Assembly (NCBI GenBank): GCA_051294905.1
Contig: CM119372.1
Coordinates: forward strand, 26,104,001 to 26,168,000
Length of the DNA: 64,000 nucleotides
Source of the DNA: Botryllus schlosseri
Lineage: Eukaryota
Direction of reading: 5' to 3'
The position numbers were made by a program, and so were the translations under genes. The notes under the pieces were generated by a model. That model worked only from the letters and a program-made list of their open reading frames with translations, had not been told where the DNA came from and ran no database searches. Below are positions 50,018-62,400 of the stretch, piece after piece. Positions within the stretch are counted from its first letter, which is position 1; each line of letters opens with the position of its first letter.

Positions 50018-52898
50018 CAGCGGTTCCCAAAGTGGACAATATATTCCCCATGTGGGCGATTTTGAGAGACAGGGGAACAGTAAAAACGAAGGGGACGATC
50101 AAGGGACGAAAACATGCGAAGAGACAGAAAGTGTTAAAACAGTGGTTCATGACCAGTGGCCACCACGAACTTACGGAACACTTCAGCATGCACAACTAAC
50201 TTGATGCCTGACTCATCCCAGCCCGCGATATTTTGTCTCTCAATATTCATAGTGTTTCGACTGTTTTGGTCATTTACTAAATGCTTATATCCTTCATTGT
50301 GATGCCTGAAACGCCCACCTTTTTGGCACTTAATACGTAAAAGTATTGACTCGCGAACGCCTTCTAACAACGCTCAGTTGCGGTACAACAGAGACAAACT
50401 CCTCCATAAAATAACCGAATGTCAACACAACACTAATGAAATGTTCCCGGAGTTTAGAGATTTCCTTTCTGAGAGCACTGGTTCAGCTGTTGCCGCTTTA
50501 TCATGGATGATTTATGAACTTTAAATGACGGAAGAGAGCGGCCACAAGACAATATCGAAAATTGATTTATATCTCCGATAATTATTGGCACATTCAGTGT
50601 GCTTTAGAACCTGTTGTCCGCTGGAAGAATTTCAAGCCGTTAAATGTGGTCATAGTCCGTACAGTAACTATGGTGTTGGCATAGAATTGTTATCATCCTG
50701 AGATTTTCTAAATCGACTTGGAACGTGTTGACGAATTCTTTGTTGTAAACGCTAAGTCGTGCGACCCACATACCGACTTTCACATGCACTCGTTAAGTGG
50801 CAAATGAATTACTTTGTTCGAAAAAATTTGTATTTCGTCATCAAAAATTTGTCAAATTAGTATATAAACAAACCTGATTGAGTAACTGAAACAAGTGGAT
50901 AAACCTATACTTGAGTCCTATAGAAAGGTAGAGGTAGTTAACTTAGTAACAGGGGACCTATGCCTTTTAGAGGTGATGCAGATATATTGCGCTTTGATAA
51001 GGGGGCGATGAGTCAAAAAAATGTGTAGTGGTTCTCAATCTTTTTCCCCTCGCGGACCGGTAAAATTTCAAAAAATATTTGGCGGACCGGTGCACTTTCA
51101 AAAATAGGAATCAACCCAAAATGTGATGTATTCCACAATTTTCATGCAAGTATATGGTGCTGGAGAGTGACATTCCGAGGGTTTTGATGGTAATTAATTA
51201 TGTTCAAGATGGCATCCATGTGATTTACGGTGGTTAGTTGAGGTAAAATGGCCTTGACCAGAGCAACGTGCTACCGCCGAGAGTTGGTCACAGTCTTTCG
51301 TTCCGAAGGCCGCGGATTTAACAGATCATGATAACTCGAATAATATTGTTCTGTTCGAAAATATCGGGAGAAGAAGCGTTTCGTGCTACCTTGCTCATTG
51401 CCCACTCCAACAGACATAGGCTACTCCGGCTACTACGAATACGATGCGTTGCACGAAAACACATGACAACAACTATAACCCGGAGATCCGCAAAACCAGG
51501 GCCTAAAAAGCACTTTGTCAGTCCACCCCCAACACAATTTGGGTCTTGGCCCCCCACATAGGGCGATAAATCAAACTTATTTGGGAATTCGTCCCCAGAC
51601 CCCACAGTACTTGTAAGCACATTCATTCTACACGGTGGAGGGAGGCAAGGCGTGTACGTGACCTAATCGCGCGAAGCGCGAAAATTTTCTATAATTCATG
51701 ACTTAATCGGTCAATAATACTGATATTTGCATGTATATTGCTATAATTTCTTTTTATCTTTTCGCGATTTCAAATAAGTCTTTCTTCACTGGCAAATAAG
51801 TTTTCTCTGTGTTACGGCATTTTTCCTGTGGGGGACAGATTGCCAGGACAGCTAGACTCATCGCCAGCCATTTAGGCGACTATGGGACAAGTAGACATAC
51901 ACATATCGAGGTTTTCGGTCAACAAAGGGCAGTCCTTTTCGGCCTAGGTTTTCTGCTGCCTGTTTTGGCACACTTTTCGGAGTCCCATGTTTGCCTAAAC
52001 TTAATTATGTGTTAGTGCGACGTGGAGCGGTAATGGCTGACGCCGAAATGCCTATTGCTATTAATCATGCGTATTTATTGGGGGAAGAGCATCCAATAAT
52101 CAAGACATATAGTGACAATATTTAATCGTGCAAGGCGCGAAAAAAATGAATGAAGTTGGATAAAGTTTCAAAAAACTTCTCCATCATTTATTTTAATTCA
52201 CAAAATAATTCTTGGCACCTTCAAGTTCGGCACCGCTCCAATTTCATTTCCATCTGAACAAGTCACACACATCCGATAAGACACAATGCGATGTCGAACG
52301 ACACGCAGTTGCGATCCTTTTAATCTAACATCCACCTCAGCCTAGAGTGCCCGATGTCACAGTTCTTTTCGATGTTGATCTTTTTGAAGTTTCTACCTGT
52401 TCTTTCCATTCCTTGTGAGTGCTTTCTTTCGTCAGATCTTTTTCAGGGCTTTTTTTGTCGCCGTAAGAACGGCAACGGTGGGTGAAGTGGAGCCCAGATA
52501 AACCTCCGACAGGAATCGAAGTGGGTCCGTCTGATTAGTAGGCGCTTATCGTCACCACTACGCTATGTCCCCCGGTGCAGCAGTTACGGTCCTTGTACAA
52601 AATAAATTATTCGAAAACGAATGATCGCGCAAACTGGGCGGTTTAGCGAGTCCACTTTCACCTGTTACTCGCATGTCGTCAAATGAAACGGCTCGAACTC
52701 CAAGTCAAATCGTATATGTTAGCTACGTCACGAAGTTCTGAATCAGTTAATAATTAGATGTTATATTTATTTCATCAATGGATAAGTAGTCAACATATTG
52801 GATCTAAAATTAAGGTATTAGATTGTTATGTACCTGGCGGACCGGCAGGAAAGTTGTCGCCGGCACCGGTCCGCAGACCGGCGGTTTGAGAACCACTG
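50018..52898. mobile_element. composite of two hAT elements bounded by one TSD
   Basis: CAGCGGTTCCCAAA ... TTTGAGAACCACTG with perfect TSD GTGTAGAT; a second element start at ~51026; SINE-like remnant ~52450-52573. Confidence 0.82.
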
Positions 52899-54417
52899 GT
52901 GTAGATCATTGATCTTTTAAGATATCGCTAGCAAACATGCCACACTATATGATAGTAGCAACTTGGGCTGGTATGTTGTGTGACTGTTCCCGAAATTCCA
53001 ATGTCTGAAGTCGCACTTATTCGGTTCCAATGATTCACAAAAACTCACCGCCCATTATCTCCCAACCGATTACCTTCCCTAATAGTATTCTTGCAAGCCC
53101 ATGCATGCACCGCAGATGGCTATCCGTATCTGGACGCTCGCACCGTTTGTAGACATAGGCAATATGTGTCAGACTTTCCTCTCGCCGATATAATCTTACT
53201 GTTAAGTCACAGTCTAGAATTATTCAACCATATACTCAACTTGATTATTGGAAATTAGGCAGTCCATTTTGACACCACGGTAGATCCCAATCAACACTAA
53301 CGATCGTAACAGACACGAGAAAATCAAAGGGAATTCTTAGTCAAGTGATTCGAATATAAACATATTTTGTTATGTTGGCGCATTACCTGGTGATCAGAGC
53401 GGTTATCTGCGAATTACGTTATAAAACGAAAGATTTTCTCCGCGAACAGGTGGCCTGATATTTCGTTCCTATATTAAATCGATTTTGGTTGTTTTGTAAC
53501 CTTCACAAATAAATCCTTCAACACCTGCATCAATTTCGATCGCCGGTTTATTTGTTTGGAGGATTCGCATCAAGGAATTCGGCTATTTGCTCAGCGTTAC
53601 TTCATTTTTTATTTCTTGTAATGGATTGAGGCACGCTTCATAAAAGGGGATGCCTGTCAAGATGGAACGTACCGGCTCGTTTAGGTAACGGCGCGGCAAA
53701 AGACAAACTACGGCATATTTTACCAGTATTGTGCTAATTTTGTGCACTTAAATTTTTTGGGATAATATCGAATATTTAGTTAAAACGTTGACCTACTTAT
53801 GCCGCCTTTATTGTTGGATCAGTTAGCGGTAATGATCTCATAATTGCGGTCAACCTTGTCCAAATAAATTAGGAAAACGGTCGATTATCCCCACTTCGAA
53901 GCGTGCGATTAACTTAGTGAATACAGTTTATAATATCTTGTGTGGCGTGCCGCAGTGCTATCAGCCGATGTATCGAGTATGGAGTACCAATAAACATGCT
54001 TATCTTGGGAATTCGTCACGACCGATTACCTCCGATACAAGCAAAGATGGAGACAAATTCACCGACGCGTCATTACCAGAGCCCAACCTATATCAAAACT
54101 CTGAGCCGATACGATATTATTTGCCGATTAACCGCTGTCTTGTTCTGATATCAAAACGTGGCATAATGCGACATAAATCAATTTCTAATTAGGCACAATA
54201 ATTTGAAAAATACATCCCATGCAAACTTCTTTTATATACAATATATCATCAGATTAGTAGGATATTAATAAGCACAGTCCAACAGGCGTACTCGTAGTTC
54301 AGGAAATTAAAAAGTCGATAAATAAGTGAACTCCTATTTTCCTCGTAAATCACTCCAGTAGTACCAAAGACTCTAACCTTTAGAATAATTGTAGGACTGC
54401 CACTCTGAGCGAAAAGA

Positions 54418-54698
54418 GTGTGTGTGATTGTTTATGTTATTCATGGTGTCTGTCGACTGTACAATGGTCATTTATACCAAAGCGATTTTCTGTATTTTGA
54501 TTCCGCATCTGCCGACTCGTAGCACGGCCCACCTCTATGCTTTTTGAAGACACCGCTTATGCGGATGAGACGGCGATGAGGGGCCTAGATAAACCTCCAA
54601 CACTTAGATCGAAATTCTGGAGTCGACATCGATCGGACTCGAACCCGCAACCCATTAGTGTTGCATGCGTGGATTATACCACTCCGCTATCTCGCCAC
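54418..54698 (-). mobile_element. SINE family B, full length
   Basis: A box TAGCGGAGTGG, B box GGTTCGAGTCC, body and tail. Confidence 0.9.
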
Positions 54699-55827
54699 AA
54701 AAGAGTGTTCTGATGTACAGGTGTGAATATACACCCATGGCACGCGAAACCAAAACCTACCTCAGACTTCGACAGCTGTATAAATCGAGTACAACATTTC
54801 AATCCAAATTTTGCACGGACTTTGGAACGTTGGTGTGTAGCGATTATACTGTTGCCGTAGCGTATGAGTCAATTCAAGTCCCACTAATGAAGTCGCTATA
54901 TGTTATCGAAATGTTCAAGTTCATTTTCAAATAGTCCAGCCAAAAGTAATGCCAGTAATGTTTCGGTAATTCCTATTTGCGCCACATGCATATCAAATGT
55001 TAACGAAAATTTTCACTGTTCAGTTACATTCGCAGAAGAGAAATTTACCACGCATAAACTGTTAAATGGAATGCGACTGGTCGTGAAGGTAGTACTTGTT
55101 ACCTAATCTGCGCCCGTGATGAGGAACGCCTTAGTTAAAAGCAAATAATGCGACTATGAGTATAGTATTCATGTACCCGACTGATGGCCGATTACGAAAC
55201 CTGACTCATTTTCCAATATCCTTGTACGATAATGCAATTCCAAAATATTGTTCACCAAACAAACACTTGACCCGACCATGACGTATACGGCCTTGAAATT
55301 CTATATGCTATCTTGACATTAGCTCCTTGCTGATCTAAGGATCTAAATTGAGTGTGTAATGCATTCGAGTTACCTACATGCTTATAATGAAAGTGCGCTC
55401 TGCAAACAATTGTGATACCATAATCCTTTAAGTTCCGAACTCTGGATTATATAAATCGCCGCGGCTAATTCGGTGTTGTTCAAGCTGGTATTTATATGAT
55501 ATCGCGGGGAACTAACTAAAATTCATGGGCACTTGAGACCAGTTTGAAAATAGTAGAACATGCGTATAATCCGCTTTGTTTCAAAGGAGAAACAAATAAA
55601 ACACGGCACTTCGGTGGTATACTGTATCATCGCAAAACCAACTGCCTGTCCCGCTGTCCAGACACCTGTAAACTTCAGCTCAACACCGAACAAAGAACCT
55701 TCAACCTACCGTTCCAACTAGGGTAAAAGAGGTGATAAAGAACATTACTATATAGCTGTCGTTGAGCTCTTTCGCCAGAATATCAGATGTACATACTTGG
55801 AACATGGTAACACTCGTCCCTGTTGAG

Positions 55828-56105
55828 GTGGCGAGATAGCGTAATAATATAATCCACAGCTGCAACACCAATGGGTAGTGGGTTCAAGTCCTACCGAGGT
55901 CGACCCCAGAATTTCGACGAAAGTGTTCGAGGCTTATCTAGGCCCCTCCTCGCCATCTCATCCGCATAAGCGCTGTCTTCAAAAAGCCTAGAGGGGGGTC
56001 GTGCTACAAGTCGGCAGATGCGGAATCAAAATGCAGAAAATCGCCCTGGTGTAAATGACCATAGTAGTCGACATACACCAGGAATAGCACAAACAACAAC
56101 AAAAA
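55828..56105 (+). mobile_element. SINE family B, full length
   Basis: GTGGCGAGATAGCG head, GGTTCAAGTCC B box, (CAA)n tail. Confidence 0.9.
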
Positions 56106-56385
56106 GCCGTCCCTGTCCGCGAGACGCATTCATCATTCCCCAAACGATTCCCTACGCAATTTGGGTATTTGGGACATCGAGGCGTAGGCATTTAACCTGA
56201 ATTCTGAGTTCGGATCTCATATGCGATGTAGGTCTATATCAAACCGATAGTCCGGAGCCAAGCATTTTCCGAGAATTTCAGTCAGTTTTATAGCATCGCG
56301 TGTGGGTGGATCGAAAGCGTTCGAACCAATGATATGATAGATTGACGTGACTCTTTTGCTTATGGGCTAGAGTTGCACATTTACG

Positions 56386-56864
56386 GTGTCCGGACAATAC
56401 CGAGAAAACCATTACCGAGAATGCCATTACCGAGAATGGACACCACCGAGAATGGACATTACCGAGAATGGACACTACAGAGAATGGACGTTACCGAGAA
56501 TGGACACCACCGAGAATGGACATTACCGAGAATGCAATATATGCAATGCAGGCATGTTATGCATATGCACAGGTCGTGTGTGTGCATCACGGCGTTGCCA
56601 CATTCGGTATCGATGCTCAGGTATAAATTTCTCGACAACGTCAGTCCCAGTAAGCTATATTCTTGACATTGGCGACAACGTCAGTCCCAGTAAGCTATAT
56701 TCTTGACATTGGCCATTCTCGGTAATGCCCATTCTCGGTGGTGTCCATTCTCGGTAATGACCATTCTCGGTAATGTCCGTTCTCGGTAATGTCCATTCTC
56801 GCTAATGGCACTCGCGGTAATGTCCATTCTCGGTAATGGTTTTCTCGGTATTGGTATAGAACCC
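56386..56864. mobile_element. foldback-type (Mutator-like) element with TIRs built of ~16-bp tandem repeats
   Basis: (ACCGAGAATGGACATT)n at ~56399-56534, inverted at ~56714-56852; possible 9-bp TSD ACATTTACG/ACAATTTCG. Confidence 0.8.
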
Positions 56865-57586
56865 ACAATTTCGACATCGAGGCATTAGATAAAAATGTAT
56901 ACGAAGTATATCAGTGATATATCTATTTATTGCGAATTCTCCGAATATATGTATGTATTAGAATGGGAACAGTAGTATGGCGGAGAAAGCAATTTTATAG
57001 ATTTATTTAATGTACATTAGCACATATTGTACAGGTAAATATCAAGTTATCAACACTAGCATATATTTGAGTCATTGGTACCACGTTCCGCGAGTCGTAA
57101 CAATAACATAATTTTACCGCACATCCCCCACTTTCCTATTTGAGCGAATATGACAATGACTGAGGTCAGTTGATGTTGTCTGTCATTACGAAATACCGTA
57201 ATGGATAGTGCTTATAAGAAGCAATGAGACGTAAATGACAAACAACTGACATGCGTTCAGGACTTGAAAAGGCGCCGCTTTAAATGGAAATACATCGTAT
57301 ATAAGACCAAACACAAGTAACCTCGCATAACACGAAATGATTTGGAGTTGTGTTTATGGGAAACCATGTTCTTAGGGTGATATTACGCCGTGTTCCCTGT
57401 CATTATAGCTTTAGTTTTTGTATGGTTATGCGTAATAGGATAAATCATGGCATATACCATTATTCAATACATAGAATTACTGGTTAAACGTTGAGATTAC
57501 GCTACCGCGGATTTACCCTAACAAAACGTACACAGTAACTTTGCAAATACTTAGCATTGTGTTGATATTCGTGACTGAATATATAC

Positions 57587-59013
57587 CAGTGGTCGGGAAC
57601 CTTTTTCGTCCTAAGAGCCATATTGACCCTATATTTTCCATTTCCACTCCCAAAAGAGCCATACATGTCAATCAACTCTTACGTCACAATTGAAAAATCG
57701 TGACGTCATGGTAGCACAAATTCGAAATTACTACATGGGATTCGTCATTTGCACCTTATTGTCTCTGTAAAAACTCGTACTAATCATGCTGGTTGCCTTG
57801 TTTGAGTTGTGAGTAAGCGAACCTAGAGTTACGTAGATATTTTGCAAGTTATATATTTTAAATTGTATTGCACTGAGATGGATATGATATTTTTCGAAGC
57901 TTAAGACAATTAACAGACTTAGACAGCAGTAAAAGTATTAATATACTTTTTACACGCTTTTTGCAGTTAGTGCGTCTTTTGGTGGTGTTGCATGGTATTC
58001 CTGCTGGCTTTGTAGTCTGATTGTTGATAATTGTTGAGGTAAAGCTTCATACAAAATTCCGTCTTTCGTCAGTGATACGAAATCGTAGGTTCGTCTTGAT
58101 GATATTCCAAAATTCGAGGCCCCATGATGGCATATGTAGGTGGATCCAAACATGGTCACTATACATCAGTATACATACCCATTGTAATGTGTGGTGCGTC
58201 AGTGAGGTGGGGTCATGGGAGGCACGTAGGGCAGTGCATCACCTGCCTACCAGATTTTGAACATTTGTACTACCAAAATGACGCAACTTACCAAACTATT
58301 GTTCGAAAATAAAGCGTGAAAAGAGAGGTTAAGCATAGGTGAGGAACGGCCGGGCTTCACCTCACCTTTGATAGCGCAATTAATCGTAAATACCGTATAA
58401 TTTATAATAACTGTTATTAATCGAATGTAATTGCCGCACTGATTCCAATTCGACTTTTCCATTCTCAAAATATTCGGCGGTAACATAACGTTGAGCCACA
58501 CGCCTACATTTCTAAAGCGACTACAAAGCTACGTTATCAATCAAGAACGTGGATAGCAATGGCGTTGTTTGTAATTTGAATTTGTAATTGCGAATATCAC
58601 TTCACGGCAGTTCATTTCTCGTCGTGGACCAGAAAGACAATGTGTATGTGAAAACTGCATTGTGATACAGGCGCCGCCATATCTCCTAAATAAACTCTTT
58701 AATCAATCAACGTATCGTGCAATCCAAGATTTCGTGGCGGGTACATCGAATTCAGGAATGATAGTGGTCGCCGGCGCGACAGCAACTTGAATTATATAAT
58801 ATAAATATAATATAAATAAGCCACTGTATTAAACTCTCAAAGACATGTTTATATTGCCACAAGAATAAAATATACAGGTCGTGATGAAGATTTAATAACA
58901 AGCTGCTGCAATATTGATAAATTAGGGACCAAAATTTAAAAAATCGCAAAGAGCCATATGTTCTGCCCAAAAGAGCCATATATGGCTCGCGAGCCATAGG
59001 TTCCCGACCACTG
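57587..59013. mobile_element. hAT non-autonomous element
   Basis: TIR CAGTGGTCGGGAACCT; perfect TSD ATATATAC; AAGAGCCAT subterminal motifs. Confidence 0.93.
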
Positions 59014-59125
59014 ATATATACGATACACTTCGGTTAGTATACTTTTAGCGACAAAATTTTTTGTAAACGCCGGGACAATAACCTTAGACGTAAATATAGC
59101 ACATAACAAATTATCGCGTATACTC

Positions 59126-59499
59126 TAGGGCTGCATTTAAAACAAAATCAATTAAAAACAAACACGTTTAAAACATTGCCCCAGTTTAAAACTTTTTTGT
59201 TTTGTTTCAAGTCATGACGTCACGACTATTCAATTGAGACGTCATAGTGGATTGATATTAACAATTGAAAATAGAGGGTAAATATAGCTCCTTTGACGAA
59301 ATATCTACGTACTATGGCTGTTGGACCGACTATTTTGAGGTTTCCAACCATCCCATATCGCATACGTCGGCTATATCGGGTGGTAATTGTCTGTAGGCTC
59401 ATACAACATGTATTTTTGGAAGTATTTACACAATTATGGCATGACTTTACAACTTGAAACACACAATTATTTGAACAAAGTGTTTCAAATGCAACCCTA
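59126..59499. mobile_element. MITE, TAGGGTTGCATTT family
   Basis: TAGGGCTGCATTT ... AAATGCAACCCTA; TSD GTATACTC/GTTTACTT. Confidence 0.82.
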
Positions 59500-62400
59500 G
59501 TTTACTTGCATTTCGCCTGGTGTTACCGAAAAAAATACTTGACAGGCGTAATGCTGGTAGGTGCTTCAAAGAAAGAGGTATCACACAAACGATTCCAAAC
59601 ATAAATAAGGTAAATAAACGATAATCCGCATTGTAATGCCTACCGAAATAAGTTGTCTAGATGCGGGTCAAGCTTGGGATGTTGAGAATGTTAATACCTG
59701 AGCCAAGGAAGCTGTACTGTGGATGAGCGACAAATTGGCTTTAACGCGATTATATCTTAGCATGTTATCCGTTAACGATGTCCAGAGCCATGATCTGAGT
59801 ACTTATCCAATCGTTGATGAAGGATAATGAGATTTTTCGTGCCGGGATCTAGCGTTAATGGGCCCGAAACTGAATGTAAATTTCTAAGTTACCTAATCGG
59901 TTGATGTACATGAATTTTACGAGAACCGATCTCGTTCATTGTGCACCTTCTCAAACTGTTGTAAGAAACATTACGAAGACTCGCGAAAGATTAACTGGAC
60001 ATGACTTGCGACATCATAGAACACGTATGGAGGCATGATTATTGGAAGTATATAATCTATATAGGACTAGAGACTGTAGGACAACAAGAAGTGACGAGTC
60101 GCGTGTCGCCTTTAGTGTATGCCCTAAAATCAACGGTATAGTTGTTGGAGCATTGTTAGTAAATGCACACAGACATAGTAAACCAGAGGTCACTGACACA
60201 CGAGTCCTGCGACCTGATTTCAAATTTCGGACAATAGTGTGATTATAGATTTATAAATGCTGAAAATAACTTCAATTTTCAATTGTTAAACAGGAACAGA
60301 ATATCAGGTGTCGATATTTACATGTTGTGGCGTCTATCAAGTTCAGAAAGTGACCCGATACCCATTCTGAGTTGGAGACCCCTGCAGTACACAAATTGCT
60401 CACACAGTAAAGTAATGATATAATTTAACGGTACGAATCTACGTTACATCTATTGTTTGTAATCGTTGAAAATATGTGATTTATTTAATGAGAGGAGTTG
60501 CGTTCACTGATTTCGCCGCCTTCGCACGAAATGGCGAGATAATCTTACGGCGACCCCTTGCAGAGAGAGTATCAAATTTAATATATCAGCAGCTTAATAA
60601 TGATTGCAGCTGTGATTACGAACTAATTAAATCTATTGTCCAAGTCAAATTTTGATGAGATTATGTTGCATTATGGGAGAGATGGGAGACGGATCGATCA
60701 AAAAATACAAAATGATCTCTGGCACCCAAGCCGTCAGCCGACAACAGAAGAACTTTCGGTTATATAATAGACTTTAAGCTACCATGGATATATCCAGAAT
60801 TCACCAGATTCTCAAGGGATTTATGGAATGTTAAAAATTGATGCTCAAACAAAGTATCGGTCTCCGTCTAGCGAGTACAACGACACGTGCCCTGAGTACT
60901 GATGAAACACGCTCAAGTACTCACACGCTCAAATAATTACGAGGTTAAGCTAAATCGCGCACAGTGCTAAAACAAATTCAATTGAATATTTTGTCAAACA
61001 TAATCAATCATGAGCTATGGTGGCATGTAGCATTTACATATTTTAGCGATTTTGGAGTCTAATCCCTTCTAACACCCCAGTTGGGCTGAGCTCAAACGTG
61101 CCTAAATGGGCGCTAAATCAAAAAGCAATGGCGAGGACCCACACCATTCAGACTTGACACGTCTTCACGGAACAAACATTTTTTCTCTGCGGGTCGCAGG
61201 TGACCGGCAACAGAATAATTCAACTTAGTACTTTGGGCTACCATAATATGCGCATTCTATCAAACGTGCCCCAATTGAGTATATTGGAAGTAGCTATACT
61301 CCGACGTTATTGTAATTCACTTCGGCTTAAATACAGGTTTCTTCGATTTATAAGACTTGTTATACATGGCATATGACACAACCTTGTAAGTATATATTTT
61401 AGACCTATTTCTACATCAATTTGTGTCTTTCTACTCACTCTGCGCGAGAGTTTGACAGACAGACCAGAGCGCTAGCTTGCACCTACACGCATTCACCAGT
61501 AACTCTTCATTCAGAGTCATATTCCGGTCGGTGCGAGGTCCTGTATAAGTCAAAATCTAGATTCATTGTATAGGGATAGCACGTCGCAATTATGACATTT
61601 AAATCTTAATATAGTAAAGATTATTGCCTTGTCGAAACATGGAAGTTTCACCACAAATTGAAGCCATTCCGAGGTCAATAAACATTTTCTTCTCAGGCGG
61701 CTTCGTGCCCCCTTTTGGATAATTTCACGCCCCCAAGGGGGTGGGCACCCCCAGTTCGAGAACCAATTTTCTACTCGAAACCTAACAGTTGATTCAGAAT
61801 CGAATCACTCAGGACTCGATTTCTCCCAGTCCTATATCGACGACAGATAGCAGTCGCGGACTGTAAAGCTGTCATGTAGCCAGAGTAGATCGGAAGCCTA
61901 TCGCCAAAACCGGCATTGTAATTGTGTTTTACCACGCAAGTAGCAATCGCTTTGTATACATTCAGATTATTTAGTTTACTGAGATTTGCTCAATCGCGAT
62001 AACTAGAACCAAGAAAGCGGTCTTTTGCGATGAATAAATGTTGATAGATCGCCAATATCATTGACTTCGCGAACTCAAACTTAATCTCTGTGCCAATATT
62101 AAACAGCCGAAAATGCTGCCTGGAGTCAGATGACATATTGCGTTGCATTTCGCCGATACATATGAAAGTATATAAACCCGTGTTTGCAGAACCTCTTCTC
62201 GTAATGGACGGTACGGGAATAAAAATATAGAAAGGATTAGTTTTTAAGTATTGACTCCTCACGCATCGCACGCGTAAATGTATTGAGTAAATCCGCTGGA
62301 TTACAAAAATGTGTGATATCGTATTAGTGCTGATTGAGTAGAATCGTTTGGGTGGGGGAAGAGTGCATCGATCGTTGCGGCGCTCATTTCAAGTCCAGGT

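Noticed and set aside
56045..56082. SINE tail hairpin as a SECIS element or hammerhead
   Set aside because: Upper helix too short for SECIS; lacks the CUGANGA core
56399..56852. Short regular repeats resembling a CRISPR array or repeat protein
   Set aside because: No unique spacers, inverted arms, eukaryotic context, no cas genes
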